A stretch of DNA of 64,000 bases from positions 1 through 64,000 of the forward strand of contig NIVC01003843.1 of NCBI GenBank assembly GCA_002269645.1, written 5' to 3'. Under the pieces are notes generated by a model, which saw only the letters and a program-made list of their open reading frames with translations, made no database searches and was not told the origin of the DNA. A program made the translations under genes and the position numbers. The DNA comes from Macrostomum lignano. Lineage: Eukaryota. Shown here one piece after another: positions 1 to 50,644 of the stretch. The stretch's first letter is position 1, and every line of letters starts with the position of its first letter.

Positions 1-180
1 GCGATAGAGAGGCTTGTCAATGTACATTGGCGATAGAGAGGCTTGTCAATGTACGATAGAGCGTCACATTGGTGATAAGGAGGTTTGTGAATGTACATTT
101 GAGATAGGGAGGCTTGTCAATGTACATCAGAGATAAGAAGGCTTCTCAATGTACATAGGAGATAGTGAGGGTTGTCAACA
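1..180. repeat. Degenerate ~30-bp tandem repeat (GATAGAGAGGCTTGTCAATGTACATTG-like)
   Basis: About 6 diverging copies. Confidence 0.8.
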
Positions 181-484
181 TCGACAATAGTTAATAAATT
201 AAATATAAAACCAGGGACCTGGGTCTGTGGAACTTAACGAACTCGTACTCAATTACCTTTGATAAAATGTATAAATTATCAATAGAAATCGAGCTAAAAA
301 AAGTACAACTACAACTTACTATAGTTTCACTTAATGAGGTTTCGTATTGTGTACAATAATTTTTTGCTTTGAAGAAATCTTTCCACCTTTTTTCTCTTTC
401 AGAAATCGAATGCAAGAAGATGCTGTAAGTTCATAATATTTTTAAAAATCCATTTTCTGACGTCTATTCTCTGGCCTTCCTTTC

Positions 485-1025
485 TTGGTGGACAACCCTG
501 CCTCTTGGTGGACAACCCTGTCTCTTGGTGGACAACCCTGTCTCTTGGTGGAAAACCCTGTCTCTTGGTGGACAACCCTGTCTCTTTTGGAAAACCCTGT
601 CTCTTGGCGGACAACCCTCTCTTGGTGGGCGCCCCTGTCTCTTGGTGGACAACCCTGTCTCTTGGTGGACAACCCTCTCTTGGTGGGCGCCCCTGTTTCT
701 TGGTGGACAACCCTGTCTCTTGTGGACAACCCTGTCTCTTGGTGGACAACCCTGCTCTTGGCAGACAACCCTGTCTCTTGTTGGACAACCCTATCTCTTG
801 TTGGAAAACCCTGTCTCTTGGCGGACAACCCTGTCTCTTGGCGGACAACCCCGTCTCTTGGTGGATAACCCTGTCTCTTGGTGGACAACCCTGTCTCTTA
901 GTGGACAACCCTGTCTCTTGGTGGACACCCTGTCTCTTGGTGGACACCCTGTCTCTTGTTGGAAAACCCTGTCTCTTGTTGGAAAACCCTGTCTCTTGTA
1001 AAACCCTGTCTATTGGTGGACAACT
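485..1025. repeat. 20-bp minisatellite GGTGGACAACCCTGTCTCTT
   Basis: Directly visible; source of ORFs 399-1071. Confidence 0.95.
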
Positions 1026-1095
1026 CGGTCTGTCTGTGGGCCCCCTTAATTCTCTAAGGCTCTCACATTAATACACATTAATCACATTCCTCCAG

Positions 1096-2387
1096 GCCGT
1101 GACAAAGCTGCAGTCGGTACTCCGAGGTCACAAAGCTCGACAAGATTATTTGAATCGCGACAGACAGCAGCGGCAGCAGCGCCAAGAGTCCCGACGCCAC
1201 CAAAACCGCAGCAACGACGACAGGCCATGGACAGCAATAGTGATTACGACAGGGACAGCTTTGATAGTGGGAGATTCCGGAACAGACGTACCAGTGGCAG
1301 CCGGAACCGCGACGACTTTGGCAAGGAAGACGACATCCCGCAACGCCGACCGCGCCCAAGAAGCAATTCGAGGAGCCAGCAAGGCTCCGGAGACGATGCC
1401 GCCTCCTCCTACAGCAGGCGCAGCGGCACTGGCAGTGCTACAGGTGAGCTGGAGTTTCTAGTGCTCGCTAGCGCCCCTTGGTGCTGGTGCCCCTTGGTGC
1501 TGGCGCCCCTTGGTGCTGGCGCCCCTTGGTGCTGGCGCCCCTTGGTGCTGGCGCCCCTTGGTGCTGGCGCCCCTTGGTGCTAAAGCCCCTTGGTGCTAAA
1601 GCCCCTTGGTGCTAAAGCCCCTTGGTGCTAAAGCCCCTTGGTGCTAAAGCCCCTTGGTGCTGGCGCCCCTTGGTGCTGGCGCCCCTTGGTGCTGGCGCCC
1701 CTTGGTGCTGGCGCTCCTTGGTGCTGGCGCCCTAAATTACGCCAAAGGCTTTTGTATAGCATTTTAAATGAGGATTTTCAAGAATTTAATAGTTCCACTA
1801 AAACACACTAAAAGAAAAGGGCAGCTGAAATTGCTTTGAAAAAGTTTACAACGTGATAGCTTTGAGAGTTGTAATTTGAATGCGCAAAAGATAAGATATT
1901 GGGAATTTAGTGTGCTAAAGTACTTTTGCCTACATAAGTTTTAAATCGGAAGTGATAAATATATACTTCAAAACAAAAAACTGCGCCATATGAAACCTAC
2001 CAAGACAAAAATAAGTGTAATATAACAAATAAATTGAGACAGATACTAAGATAACTTCATGTACACTTATGAGTATGATAATTGTTTTTAAACTTGTGTG
2101 TTCTTACTGGTTTATAACGTAATTATTTCTAAGAAAGTTTTTTTACAGAAAATTTAGCGATTTTAACAAATCAAAAAATATGGTGGTAAGAACGTGTATA
2201 GTAGTATTTTAAAGCATATGAATTAGTTTTTTCGCAATGGTAGCTAGTTTATACTTATCTCTCCGCAGTTCAAGCGTCCACAGGTCGTCGCAGCAGCAAT
2301 CGGCAAGGACGACCATTCGATGCCGGCTCCAGCCGAAATCGTCGCTCGATAGACGACAATGACGACGACGACGTTCTAGTTGACTAA
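1096..2387 (+). CDS. 3' end (two exons, 1096-1443 and 2269-2387) of an IQ-motif protein gene continuing from upstream; reading frame ambiguous
   Basis: Acceptor TCCAG|G at 1095/1096, donor CAG|GTGAG at 1443/1444, acceptor CTCCGCAG|T at 2268/2269. One frame starts AVTKLQSVLRGHKARQDY (IQ consensus IQxxxRGxxxR). A second frame gives a Ser/Arg/Asp-rich tail ending at TAA 2385-2387. Confidence 0.6.
1470..1735. repeat. 16-bp minisatellite GGCGCCCCTTGGTGCT in the intron of the IQ gene
   Basis: Directly visible, with an internal block of AAAGCCCC variants. Confidence 0.95.
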
Positions 2388-4528
2388 AAATTATGAAAGT
2401 TTAACTGACTGACCAAAAATTAATTTTAATTTATCTGAACTACCTTATTGAAACAATTAACCGTTATACACATGTAAATGCAGAAGATCCAGATGAATTC
2501 GCGCGCATTCTGGTGTTGTGTCAATTTTTGGATAACATATTTATTTTTTCCTATTGAATTCTACTTATAGTAGCCTTGTTTAAACAGTCGGGCTAATATA
2601 TTGATTTATCGTATATTTATACTCAAATATATACCATGGTGCACTGAATATTATAAGTTTGCAGGTTACTTTCTTTTATTAAACTTGGGTTAAGGTGGTT
2701 TTTAATTCGCTTGGATTATTTCGCATGAATTTAAATTGATTATCTAATTTAGATTAAGCAACACTAATGACTATTTCTGGGAAATTCTATCAATTGAATG
2801 TTTTTTATACATGTGGGTTTGCTTGAACTGTGTTTGTAAAAAAGGCGAGTGTATATGGAACGCTTTTTATAGTACGCCTTGATTTTCCTATACCTTATCT
2901 TTCTCAAATAATTAAACGCACAAGAACTGTTTTATTAAACAATATTGTGATGGAAAATCTACTAATATTGAAATTTTACACTGAGTTGTAAATTTGTCTG
3001 ACCACTGACGGATGTTTTTTATACTCTTAGTTTATGCATTAATTGTAATTTATTAGTTGTGAACAAACTTTCACGTTTGTTTGTTATACTGTCTCTACGT
3101 TTTAATTAATGAAATAATCAAATGCTGTATTTATTGTAATCTTCATGCTACTATAAAATTCTATACTGAAATTCGATCTTTGCACTCTGTCTGTTTTCTG
3201 GCGGAAAAATTAATACGACTGTAATTACGCGCTGATTGAATCTACTAGCCGTTAATTATTTTATACGGAGTAGTTTGTCTGAGCGACATTTGATCAAAAT
3301 TTTAACAATTAGTTTACAACTATTGTGAGATTATTTTTAGAGTACTTAGCTGCGACTAAGGGAGTTTGCTTTTGGAATTGGAATTGGAATTTTGAAAAAA
3401 ATTGATTTTTAAGAGGGAATTATACTACTGATTTGCTGAAGGGGAAATAATATACAGGCGCAAAATTAGTTAGCTGCTAGCTACATGTAATACACACAGG
3501 CAGGGACTCTAGCCAACTTTGTTATCAGACACAAAGACTTTAAAAGGAATTAGCGTTTGTTATATCTTGCCAACAGGATCGGCCACAGACAGTAGTGGTC
3601 TGGCTTCGCATGTACTTTTAAAAGTCGTTACAAGTACATGTACACGTCGTTTCAACTAGTCGCACTCCATTTGAACAAAATTTACGGCCTTAAAGTTCCT
3701 GCAATTTCGGTGTGCATGCATTTAACCAAGCACTCCAGGTAGTTTCCGGGAAAAAACATGCTTAACTTCCCAAGTCAACCACATGTGATGACATTGTTGA
3801 CTTTCCCAAGTTTGCAAAGTATCATTGTTATGAACTAGAAAGTATGCAATGTTGTTGTCCAAATTCAACAATCGACTTGCAAAGTTTACAAAGTACACGC
3901 CGTGTCTCTACATCCAAGTGGAAAGTGTACATGTACAGTAGCTACTTGTGAAGTGACTGAAGAAAACATTGCGTACTTGGAAAGTACACTTATCGAATGT
4001 TCTTGGAAAACTTGGAGAGTTTCTTAGGCGGTACTTGCCTCCAGGTTGCATTGTTGATCCTCCACTACAGTGAAAGTACCTGACAACTTAGCAAGTTTTT
4101 TTTCTCGGGTTACTAACCTGAGAGATTCTGCAATAAAAAAACAATCAGTATAAGACAACAGATGTCAAATTATGACGATAAAAATTTTTTATCCTTACTT
4201 AAGAGCTGAATGCGAGGATGTATAGTATAATATATTCATTTTCTATTATTTCTACGAAGTACTTCACTGTTGATTTATTTGTTTAAATTCCTAAAAAGAA
4301 AGCTACGCTCGTACGCGCTCGTAAAAAGCTAAAGCCGTCAAATATAAATCAACTGAAATCCTAATATACTTTACTCGTAGCATTAAAAGTTTAAACACGC
4401 TCTGTGCCCTATATGAATGAAAATATCAAATGCCGTCTTACTATAATGCTAGTTTATACAGTAGCTGCATGTAAAAAGTTAAAGTCAAGTCGGAAAAAGC
4501 CTAAATTTAAATATTTCATCGCACAAAT

Positions 4529-4984
4529 TCAAACGGTCGGGTTATGTCCAATTTGACGTTGGGCATCGCCAAGTATGTTCTCGAGCATCTTCTCTAGATC
4601 TTCAATCTGTCGATTCATATCGTCCAGTTTGCTCAGGATCAAATCGACCATCTCTTGAAAGTGTTGCTGCATTTGGTCCAGTGAATTCTGCAGACAGGCA
4701 TTGATATCGGCGGCGGCGCCTTTGATATTTGTTGTTGTTGTTGTTTTGCTTTGATTTGCGACTGCGGCTGCTGCTGTGTTGGGACACTTGTTGCTGGTTT
4801 CTGCTTCAACCGATGTTTCAGCGTCCATGGTTACCGCAGCGGCTGTGCGGGCCACTGTTGTGCCAGCATCAACCGTGTTGTTGTTGCATTGCAGTTGCTG
4901 CTGCGGAGGCTGCTGAGTTGCCAGTCGCGTCGGCGTCAGCTGCAGTTCGTCATCAGCTCTATCCTGCTGAGCTGCCAACGACAT
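4529..4984 (-). CDS. HSBP1: Heat shock factor binding protein 1-like (HSBP1 family), intronless, with low-complexity N-terminal extension, 151 aa
   Basis: C-terminal DINACLQNSLDQMQQHFQEMVDLILSKLDDMNRQIEDLEKMLENIL matches the HSBP1 coiled-coil pattern (..[34 protein letters not shown]..). First ATG at 4984-4982. Confidence 0.85.
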   Translation of the reverse strand: MSLAAQQDRADDELQLTPTRLATQQPPQQQLQCNNNTVDAGTTVARTAAAVTMDAETSVEAETSNKCPNTAAAAVANQSKTTTTTNIKGAAADINACLQNSLDQMQQHFQEMVDLILSKLDDMNRQIEDLEKMLENILGDAQRQIGHNPTV

Positions 4985-6014
4985 TATATTGTGCTCTTTA
5001 TTACGAAGAGAATGCACTTTTATTTAGCGACCAAGTGATGCTCTTTGAAGCAGAACAGTCGTATCATAATGGATTTGCTGCTGTTTGAGTTAAATTTTTT
5101 AAATCATATTTCTACCATAGAGAGTTTGCCACTGTCAACATGTATAATTGATATTGCATAGTTTTGTTACGTTTATCATTCCAAATCGTGAGTAATCGAT
5201 CGATCGAGTTGTCACTTGTTGTCACTGCAGCTGATTATACCCGGTGGAATCCGCATTATAGCGCTTAACGTATACAAAATCTGTCAATATTAGTGTCATT
5301 TCAGCCAATTTGGCACTATATGTGTTTCCAGGGGCGTCTGACATTGATTTTGTGGTGGGAGGACAAAGCCAAAGAATTTTACATGTACATGTGCATGACT
5401 AAATTCCTACATGTGATGAGGACGCACTTTTTTCCCAAATCCCACGCTGGCACATGGGCTCTAAACTTGCCAGCCTACTAGCAAGAGGCTATGGGCATTT
5501 CTTCTTCTCTCTATGTAATTTTCCTAGAATTCATACTAATTATATGATTTTGCCATACTAGTACTTATAATAACATAGGCGCGGCTTTTGGGTCATAAAT
5601 AATCGCTTTTGAAGCTGGTCTGACAGCCACCTGCGCCTCACTCAGTGCTGAGACTGGCGCCAGATGGTCTGAGAGGATGCGGGCGGTAGCTTTTTTCTCA
5701 TCTTTTTGACAGGCCATCAAGATTTATGAGGTCAGGGCCTATTGTTCGTGTTCACTCAAGCGTGTGACAGCTTTGACAGCTATGCGTTTTACACTTTGGG
5801 ATTAGCGATTAGCGATTTCTCTTCATTATCTTCACTTTCTACTTAATAAGAGCTTTCTAATGTATATTATTTCATTAATTTTTGTCATTCCTACGCGAAA
5901 GGTCATAAATCATTATGTAGCGATTTTGAGTTATTATGACCGCACCTGTCGTATTTTTATGGCCCCGAGGAAACTGATAGGATCTCTTGGTCACGTGAGT
6001 TTGGGTGGCAACAA

Positions 6015-6121
6015 GCTCAGCCAATCAGAAAATTCGACGTGCGTTATAACAAATCGGCTCAGCCAATCAGAATCGAGGTGTTCCATTATAACAAATTGCG
6101 GTCCAGTTTGCGGCTATAAAA
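6015..6121 (+). promoter_or_regulatory. Candidate Pol II promoter: two CCAAT boxes plus TATA
   Basis: GCTCAGCCAATCAGAA at 6015-6030 and 6057-6072 (42-bp period), TATAAAA at 6115-6121. Confidence 0.45.
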
Positions 6122-7639
6122 ACCGGCGTTTTTGGCTCGCTCGGACTTCAACTTGGCCAGTCACCTGTCACCTGACACCCAGCTGCTACTCGCGACCGTC
6201 GTCTCTTGATCCCCGGATCCCGACTCCCCCCCCCCATCACCATCAAGGACGAATTCCCACGGTCGTCAGCAGCGAACATCAAGGTTGAGAGCATCGCCTG
6301 CTAGCTATCTGCGAAGATTGTGACATCAGCATCATCCCATGCCTACAGCTGCGAAGCACTAAGCTGATTCGGTCACTGTGGATTACCTGGTCTCCGGCTG
6401 TTGAGTTTCTGATTGGTTGGGTGAGAGGCTACCTAGACTTGCTTGATTGGGTGATCCCTTTATCTGTCCCCTGTTTCAGTAGCTGGATTAGGCACACACT
6501 TTTGCTCATTTTGTTCAGTAGTGCTGTTACTGAGGCAGAAACCATTCAATAATACTGTTTAGTAGTCTGAAGCTCCAATTCAATCTGAAGTGTGAAGTGA
6601 TTTAAGGAGAAGGTTAAATCTGACAGTTACTTTTATCGGTTTTATTTCTTTGTTCGCCGATGGCTCAGATGAGTAGCTAAGCTAGTAGGCGCCGGTCGCA
6701 GTGGACCAATGGCAAGGCAGTTCTCAGTCGATCAATCTATCAAATCAGTTAGCGAAATTGCCAATAGTGCAGAATCGGCTCCAGAGATGTACTCTGTGCA
6801 CTCTAGATTCGCCAAGTGGCTCGGGTAATGAATCATGCGGTCTCTGATGTTCGAGTTAGCCTATCATCAGCGCTAGGAGAGGCTAGTCGGCGCGTTGAAG
6901 GCCAAAAGTACATATCCTCGTATTTAGCAATGTAATAGTACATGTAGCTACCCCATAGACTCGCCACCGCAAGAATCCCCTGCACAAGTCCCCTCTGTAC
7001 CTGCATGGCCAATGCGATCAAGTCCCAGCAGTGTCCCATATCATCGGCTATGACTTCGAGATTGACAGTAAAAAGACACTAGTTGGCAGGTAAAGTGCTA
7101 AGCCCCCTCTAGTCGGAAGCCCGATTTCGAAAGTTCCGGTTTGGTGAGCCAGGACGCACGGGCTGGTGGTAGCGGGTTAGCTAATCTGCGGATTAGCTGA
7201 TCTCTACCTTCAAAATTCTCCCTGCTTGTCTATCGCTGTCCCTCTCTTAGCTATAGGACCTAGACTGATCGCCACACGATGAAGCTACCATGGGGCTAAC
7301 CATCTGACAGGAGTGGAGGGCCAGGACTCTAATTGATTTATTTCTGAGACCTGAGGCCCGAAGGCTTCCCCACAAGGGGGCTGAAAGGCCGAAACCCATC
7401 ACTTGAACAATGTTTACAGAATCGGTGCTGTCAGCGCTCATTTTGACATCGCAGGCATTTTGGCGCCGCAGGCACCATTTTGGTTCTGCAGGCGCTATGT
7501 TTTGTCGCCCTGAAGCAAAATTATTGATTTTCATAACGGGTCACAAGGTGGAGTGAGAGGAAAAAGCATTGGCATGTCCCCCCATAGCTTTTAATGCAAA
7601 TGCTTGTAAATACAAAGACGAAAACAAAATACTTTGTCA

Positions 7640-9330
7640 GCCAGTCAAGCGTCGTAGGACAATGTCACAGAGCGTGTTTCAAGGCCTGGGCGCGAACGTA
7701 GGCCGCACCGCCGGCAGTGTCAGGGGCGCGGGCGTCAGCCAGCAGGCAGTCGACGAAACGCCGAGTCCGCGCCTGCCCCCGCCGGTAGGGTGCCTGTAGC
7801 GTCAGCAGCAGCACCTCCTGCACGGGCTGTGGACAGTACGATTCGACTCGGATAAAATGGCCTGCCAGCTGGAGTCGCCGACGGTGCAACAGTTCGCTGG
7901 AACGGAACATACCGGTGCGGCGATAGAGTGCCGCATTGGTGACTCACTCGTAGCCGTACAACAGAACGTTCTCGATCACCGCCTGGAACAACGCCGCCCT
8001 CTGGCGGTCAGGCAGGGCCTCGGACTGCAGGACAACCCTCATGGCCCTCATGGAGGACAGCCCAGGCAAGTCCACGACTACGTCGCAGGTCCTCGCAAAC
8101 GTACGTCAGGCACCAGACCGCCGAGGTAGACGAACTGCTGACAGTGCGGAAGCTTCGTTACCTATCTGTCAGCTTCTCCGCAGAAAATTGCAGCCTCGAT
8201 GTCGTCCGGCACGCAGAGCACGACGGTCTTCTGCGTGTTGACCACCAGGCCGACACTCGCCGCAGCGCTTACCAGCCGGTACAGCTGGCGCTGGGCGCCC
8301 TCGGCAGTCGAGGACAGCAGGGCGATCGAGATCGGCGTAGCCAAACACGCTGAGCCGCCTCTCTGGTTGGCGTCAGTCGACCCACGCGTCGCTGCAGCAG
8401 GAAGCTGTCGTTATTAGAAGGGAGTCCGCAGCCCCCATTCAAGCACCAGGACGAACAGGAACGCGTAAGCGTATCTCCCCGAAGCAACACAGAGGATGTC
8501 TCAAAGAAATACGACAGGCCGTCCGATGTTAGCACATGAGCCATGACCGGTGCCCCAATACAGCGCCATGACAGCGGAAATCAGCCATTGGGAGCACGGC
8601 CCATTTCCGAGTCGAAAAGTCAATAAAGAGAGCAATCAGACTCGCGACTGGCGGGTCCGCGCAATTCCTCGAGAGACAGGCAAAGAGACAGGATCCACGC
8701 CACTGTGCCGCGATGGGGTCGGAACCTGTTCTGCTCAGGCCGCAAATACGGATTCAGCACGGGCTGCAACCGCGATAGCAGCATCCGCTTGAACGGCTTC
8801 GCAGCGCAGGACTGCAGGCAGATGGCTTGCAGGCACCTATAGGTGCATGCTCTTAGAGCCGTGGTGCGCCCGCGGCTTTCTTCGGAATATTGACGATGTG
8901 CGTCGTGGACCCCATTCGTTGGGTGCCGCCTCACAAAACAGCACGCGGTTCATCACACTGACGACCTCGCTGGCCACACAGTGGAGTCGCAGCGCCTGGG
9001 CACCTCGTCCGGACCCAACGCTTTTACCTTTTAGTCTTCAGGGCGAGCATCACAACCATCGGCTGTGCTGACTGTGTTCCTACATTGAAACTCCCCTGCT
9101 GGCAACGCGGAGTCGTCGGCGGCAACCTCAGATCGTTTGGCAGCGGGGGCGGCGGCGCGTTGACGATGGAGGAGAACTCGCGCGCAAGCTCACTAATACT
9201 TCTGCGCTGATCCGGAGTGTCGTCAGTCAGGTTGAGCGGGATGCGCCGGCTCCTCCGGGTCGGAGCGTTGATGGTGGCCCAGACCACCGCGCCCTTTTGC
9301 GTCTGGTCCAGCGCGGCGGTGACGGTCAGA
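7640..9330 (-). mobile_element. Degenerate, 5'-truncated non-LTR retrotransposon (RT, RTE/RTEX-like), frameshifted
   Basis: Minus-strand fragments in the expected order: VWATIN...; LSRLQPVLNPYLRPEQNRFRPHRG; LLRGDTL (GVLQGDTL-type motif); GYAD followed by a frameshift, then IALLSSTAEGAQRQL...VGLVVNTQKT (broken YADD); C-terminal RRRLQLAGHFIR, stop at 7665. No endonuclease region or clear TSD seen. Confidence 0.85.
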
Positions 9331-9773
9331 ATAATAAAGATAATCGGATTCGAATTAATAGTGCTGATGGTAATTTTAGGCTTAATGCCTACACTATATT
9401 ATGCATATAAACGAAAAGGATTAGACTCATAACATAAAGTTACTTTCGTCTTGCTAAATGATGAGAAATAAGCATAACAGAAAAACTTGACTTCTATTTG
9501 TTATACAGTGCTGGTATGCATGTACATTTCTTAGAAATTTGATCCCTAAACTAAACTATACGAAGAGGATTTACAGGTCTTTAGATATGGACTAGGCCTA
9601 TGGGCTATGGCGATATTTTATGGAGTTCCAGAAAATTTAGTTTTCTGTTTTTTCTGGAAGGGCTAGGAGCTATCTTTTTTGATCAAAATTTAGCTACTCT
9701 AACTATGTATATAGAGACTAGGCCTACACCAAACAAACAAATGGCATTTTTCTTGTGCACTAACTTAACTAGG

Positions 9774-9775
<2 letters not shown>

Positions 9776-9812
<37 letters not shown>

Positions 9813-9890
9813 ATAACAATGTTTGGGTATGCTTAATAGAAGATGAAATATTCATCTTATATATATATATATATTTATATATATATAGAT
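9776..9890. repeat. (TA)n microsatellites
   Basis: Two TA runs at ~9776-9810 and ~9858-9888. Confidence 0.9.
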
Positions 9891-11146
9891 TGGGTTGGAA
9901 AGATTGGGACTTGGAACTTTGGTTCCACCTGCTATCTCAGCAATCTCTATATGCCAATCTGTATACCAAGAAGGCATGCTAGGCCCCTTTGTATGCCAAG
10001 TTATACACAATAGTGTATTCAAGGTCCCTTTGTAGGCCCTAGGCCCCTAGGCCTATGCCATTTTTTGGTGTAGGCAACATATTATATTATCTAGAGTCTG
10101 ACTAACCCTAATATGTATGTGGCATCAAAACTTTTTATTGATTAAGTCCTCAACCTCATGAACTTAAGAGCTCCCCTAAGGCCTAAACTAAAAGTAAAAA
10201 TATTCATCTTAACATTAGCCCTTACTAGGCCTAGGCCTATCCAACTACAATGTGCATATTACTAAGGGGTACCAGTCGTTTCAGTGACAAGATGTTTTGG
10301 TGACAAATAGTCATTTCAGTGACAAGTTGCAATTGTGATAGACACACAAGTTTCATTTTCAATGAAAAATCAAAGATTTCATGAGTATTGTTATTTTAGT
10401 GATAAGAGGCATTTCATAATATTTGGAAAAAAAATTCATCTTAACTATGAACTTTAGCCTCTACTATCCAACTATAATATAGACATGGCATTGAAATTTT
10501 TTTTGATGTTAGACTTAGAGTCCTAAATTCTAGAAGCTTTGCCTTTGGGCTTATAAGTTCCCTCCCTCACCTGAAAACTGGCAATAAGGGTCTATTCATT
10601 TATTTTTATAACCTTAACCCTATTAAATCAATTGCTCTAACAATCTTTCAATTCTCAATTGAGTGGTAGACCCTATTACTAGATATAATAAGAACTAAAC
10701 TAGTTATGGGAAGTAAGGCCTATATGTTTTTAACCATATTTATATCTGTATGCTTTGCCAAAAAACCTCTGTTTGCAACTTCCTATAGGCCCTAGCTTAG
10801 CTAGCTGTATCCATAGCTATAATAGAATTCTAATGCTATCATCATAAGTCATAAGTGTAGCATATTAGTAATTTGGTATATTGAAAAAATAAGCCTAGAA
10901 CAAGGGTACACCTTAACGCCTATAATTATACTAGGCCTAGGCCTATGAATAATAAATGTCAATTCATATAATAGGATACTTACTTGACAAAATCAAAATA
11001 GCTCAATAGGACAATTTTGTATTATAAAAATAAAATAGGGCCTATACAAAAATATTCTAACCTATAATATATATTGATAAGTTGCTTAAAATATTTAGGT
11101 TTTTATTCCATTCTAGACAATATATTATAGGCCTAATTGTTATAGC

Positions 11147-11542
11147 TAGAGGTCGGACAAGATTGAAATCTTTGGGCGGGATCGGGAATAATTTTTTTCT
11201 TGGGATCAGGATTGGGATCGAGATTTGAGAATTGGGATCAGGTCTTTCAAGTTAATTATTGTCCATGTAAAGTTAAACAAAATTGAGAAAAGATTGTCAA
11301 GATCAAGAAGTAAAACACAACAAAATTGATATGAAGTTTTGTAACCAACAAAGTAAATAATGTAACGAGTACAAGTTAAAGCAAAATACCTTCAAGTAAT
11401 CACTAATTCTATAAATTTTTGATCAAAAGACCTGTTCTTGAATCTCGAGTTTTTTAGGGTTGGGATTCTGGTCCCGCGGGAATTCAATTTCTTCTGGATC
11501 CCAAGATTTTGGGATTGGGATCGGGATCCCGTCCGACCTCTA
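11147..11542. mobile_element. hAT-type non-autonomous DNA transposon (MITE), 396 bp
   Basis: Perfect 12-bp TIR TAGAGGTCGGAC (11147-11158) / GTCCGACCTCTA (11531-11542). Flanking 8-bp direct repeat GTTATAGC / GTTATAGA (1 mismatch). GGGATC/GGGATT subterminal repeats; no ORF. Confidence 0.8.
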
Positions 11543-12500
11543 GTTATAGACCCTATTCTAAAAAAATTGCATATTTTTGTGTATAAAAAGCCACACTAGT
11601 TTTAGTAATTTAGATATATTATAGGGCCTAGGGGCCTTACTTTTTAGTTAATTATAATTATAGCTAGGCTTAGGCTAGTTTTGACCATACATACAGTTGT
11701 AAGTTTTACATAAATCTACACTTCAATGAGGGTCATATGACTTGTCAGTATATTTGAAAAATTCTAATTCTAAGGATAAAATATGCTTTATAAAATGAAT
11801 AACTTTGCAAATCAATTAAATTGAATAAAAAAGCAAATATAAACTTGAAAAAAACTATTGAGAAATTAAAAATATACATATCTGGTTTTTATTGGAAATG
11901 ATAATAAACTATGCCTCTGATATCTTGTTCATAAAAATTGAAAAAATGTGACTTTCACAAAAATAGAAGCTTTAATTTTATATTTTCAAACTTGAACTAG
12001 TTCTAACCTAAAAATTCATTATCAAATCTTTAGATAAACTTTAAAATTCTCATTTTGTTTCCTTTTTTAGCAGGTTTGGCCTGGCTTGGTTGTTTTTGGT
12101 GAGAAAATAAATTTTCATGTTAAATTATTTTCTTATATTTATTTAAATTTCATGTTCATGTTTCATGTATATTTCATTTATTTTTATATTTCATGCTTAA
12201 TACAAAAGGAAAAAAGAAACTTTTTATTATGGAACTAAATCTCAAAAGTAAAATATAGTTCAATTTAGGCAAGTAAGATTTATCAAATCAAATAAAAAAT
12301 ACTTACCCCCCTTACCCACCAGCTATTTTGTAAAAAAGAAAAAGTTTCTTTAATTGAAAACAGTTTTGCTTCTGTTTTATTTGTCAGATTTAAAAAATAA
12401 TATCATATAGTCATATTTTTGCATGGGATGAACAACACAAACAATAAATTTCATTAATTACCCTATTAAATAGTTAACTATTTTCCACTAGGAAACAGTT

Positions 12501-50644
<38,144 letters not shown>

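Noticed and set aside
399-1071. Overlapping ORFs on both strands
   Set aside because: Produced by the 20-bp minisatellite.
7569-9071. Plus-strand short ORFs over the GC-rich region
   Set aside because: Antisense shadows of the decayed retrotransposon on the minus strand.
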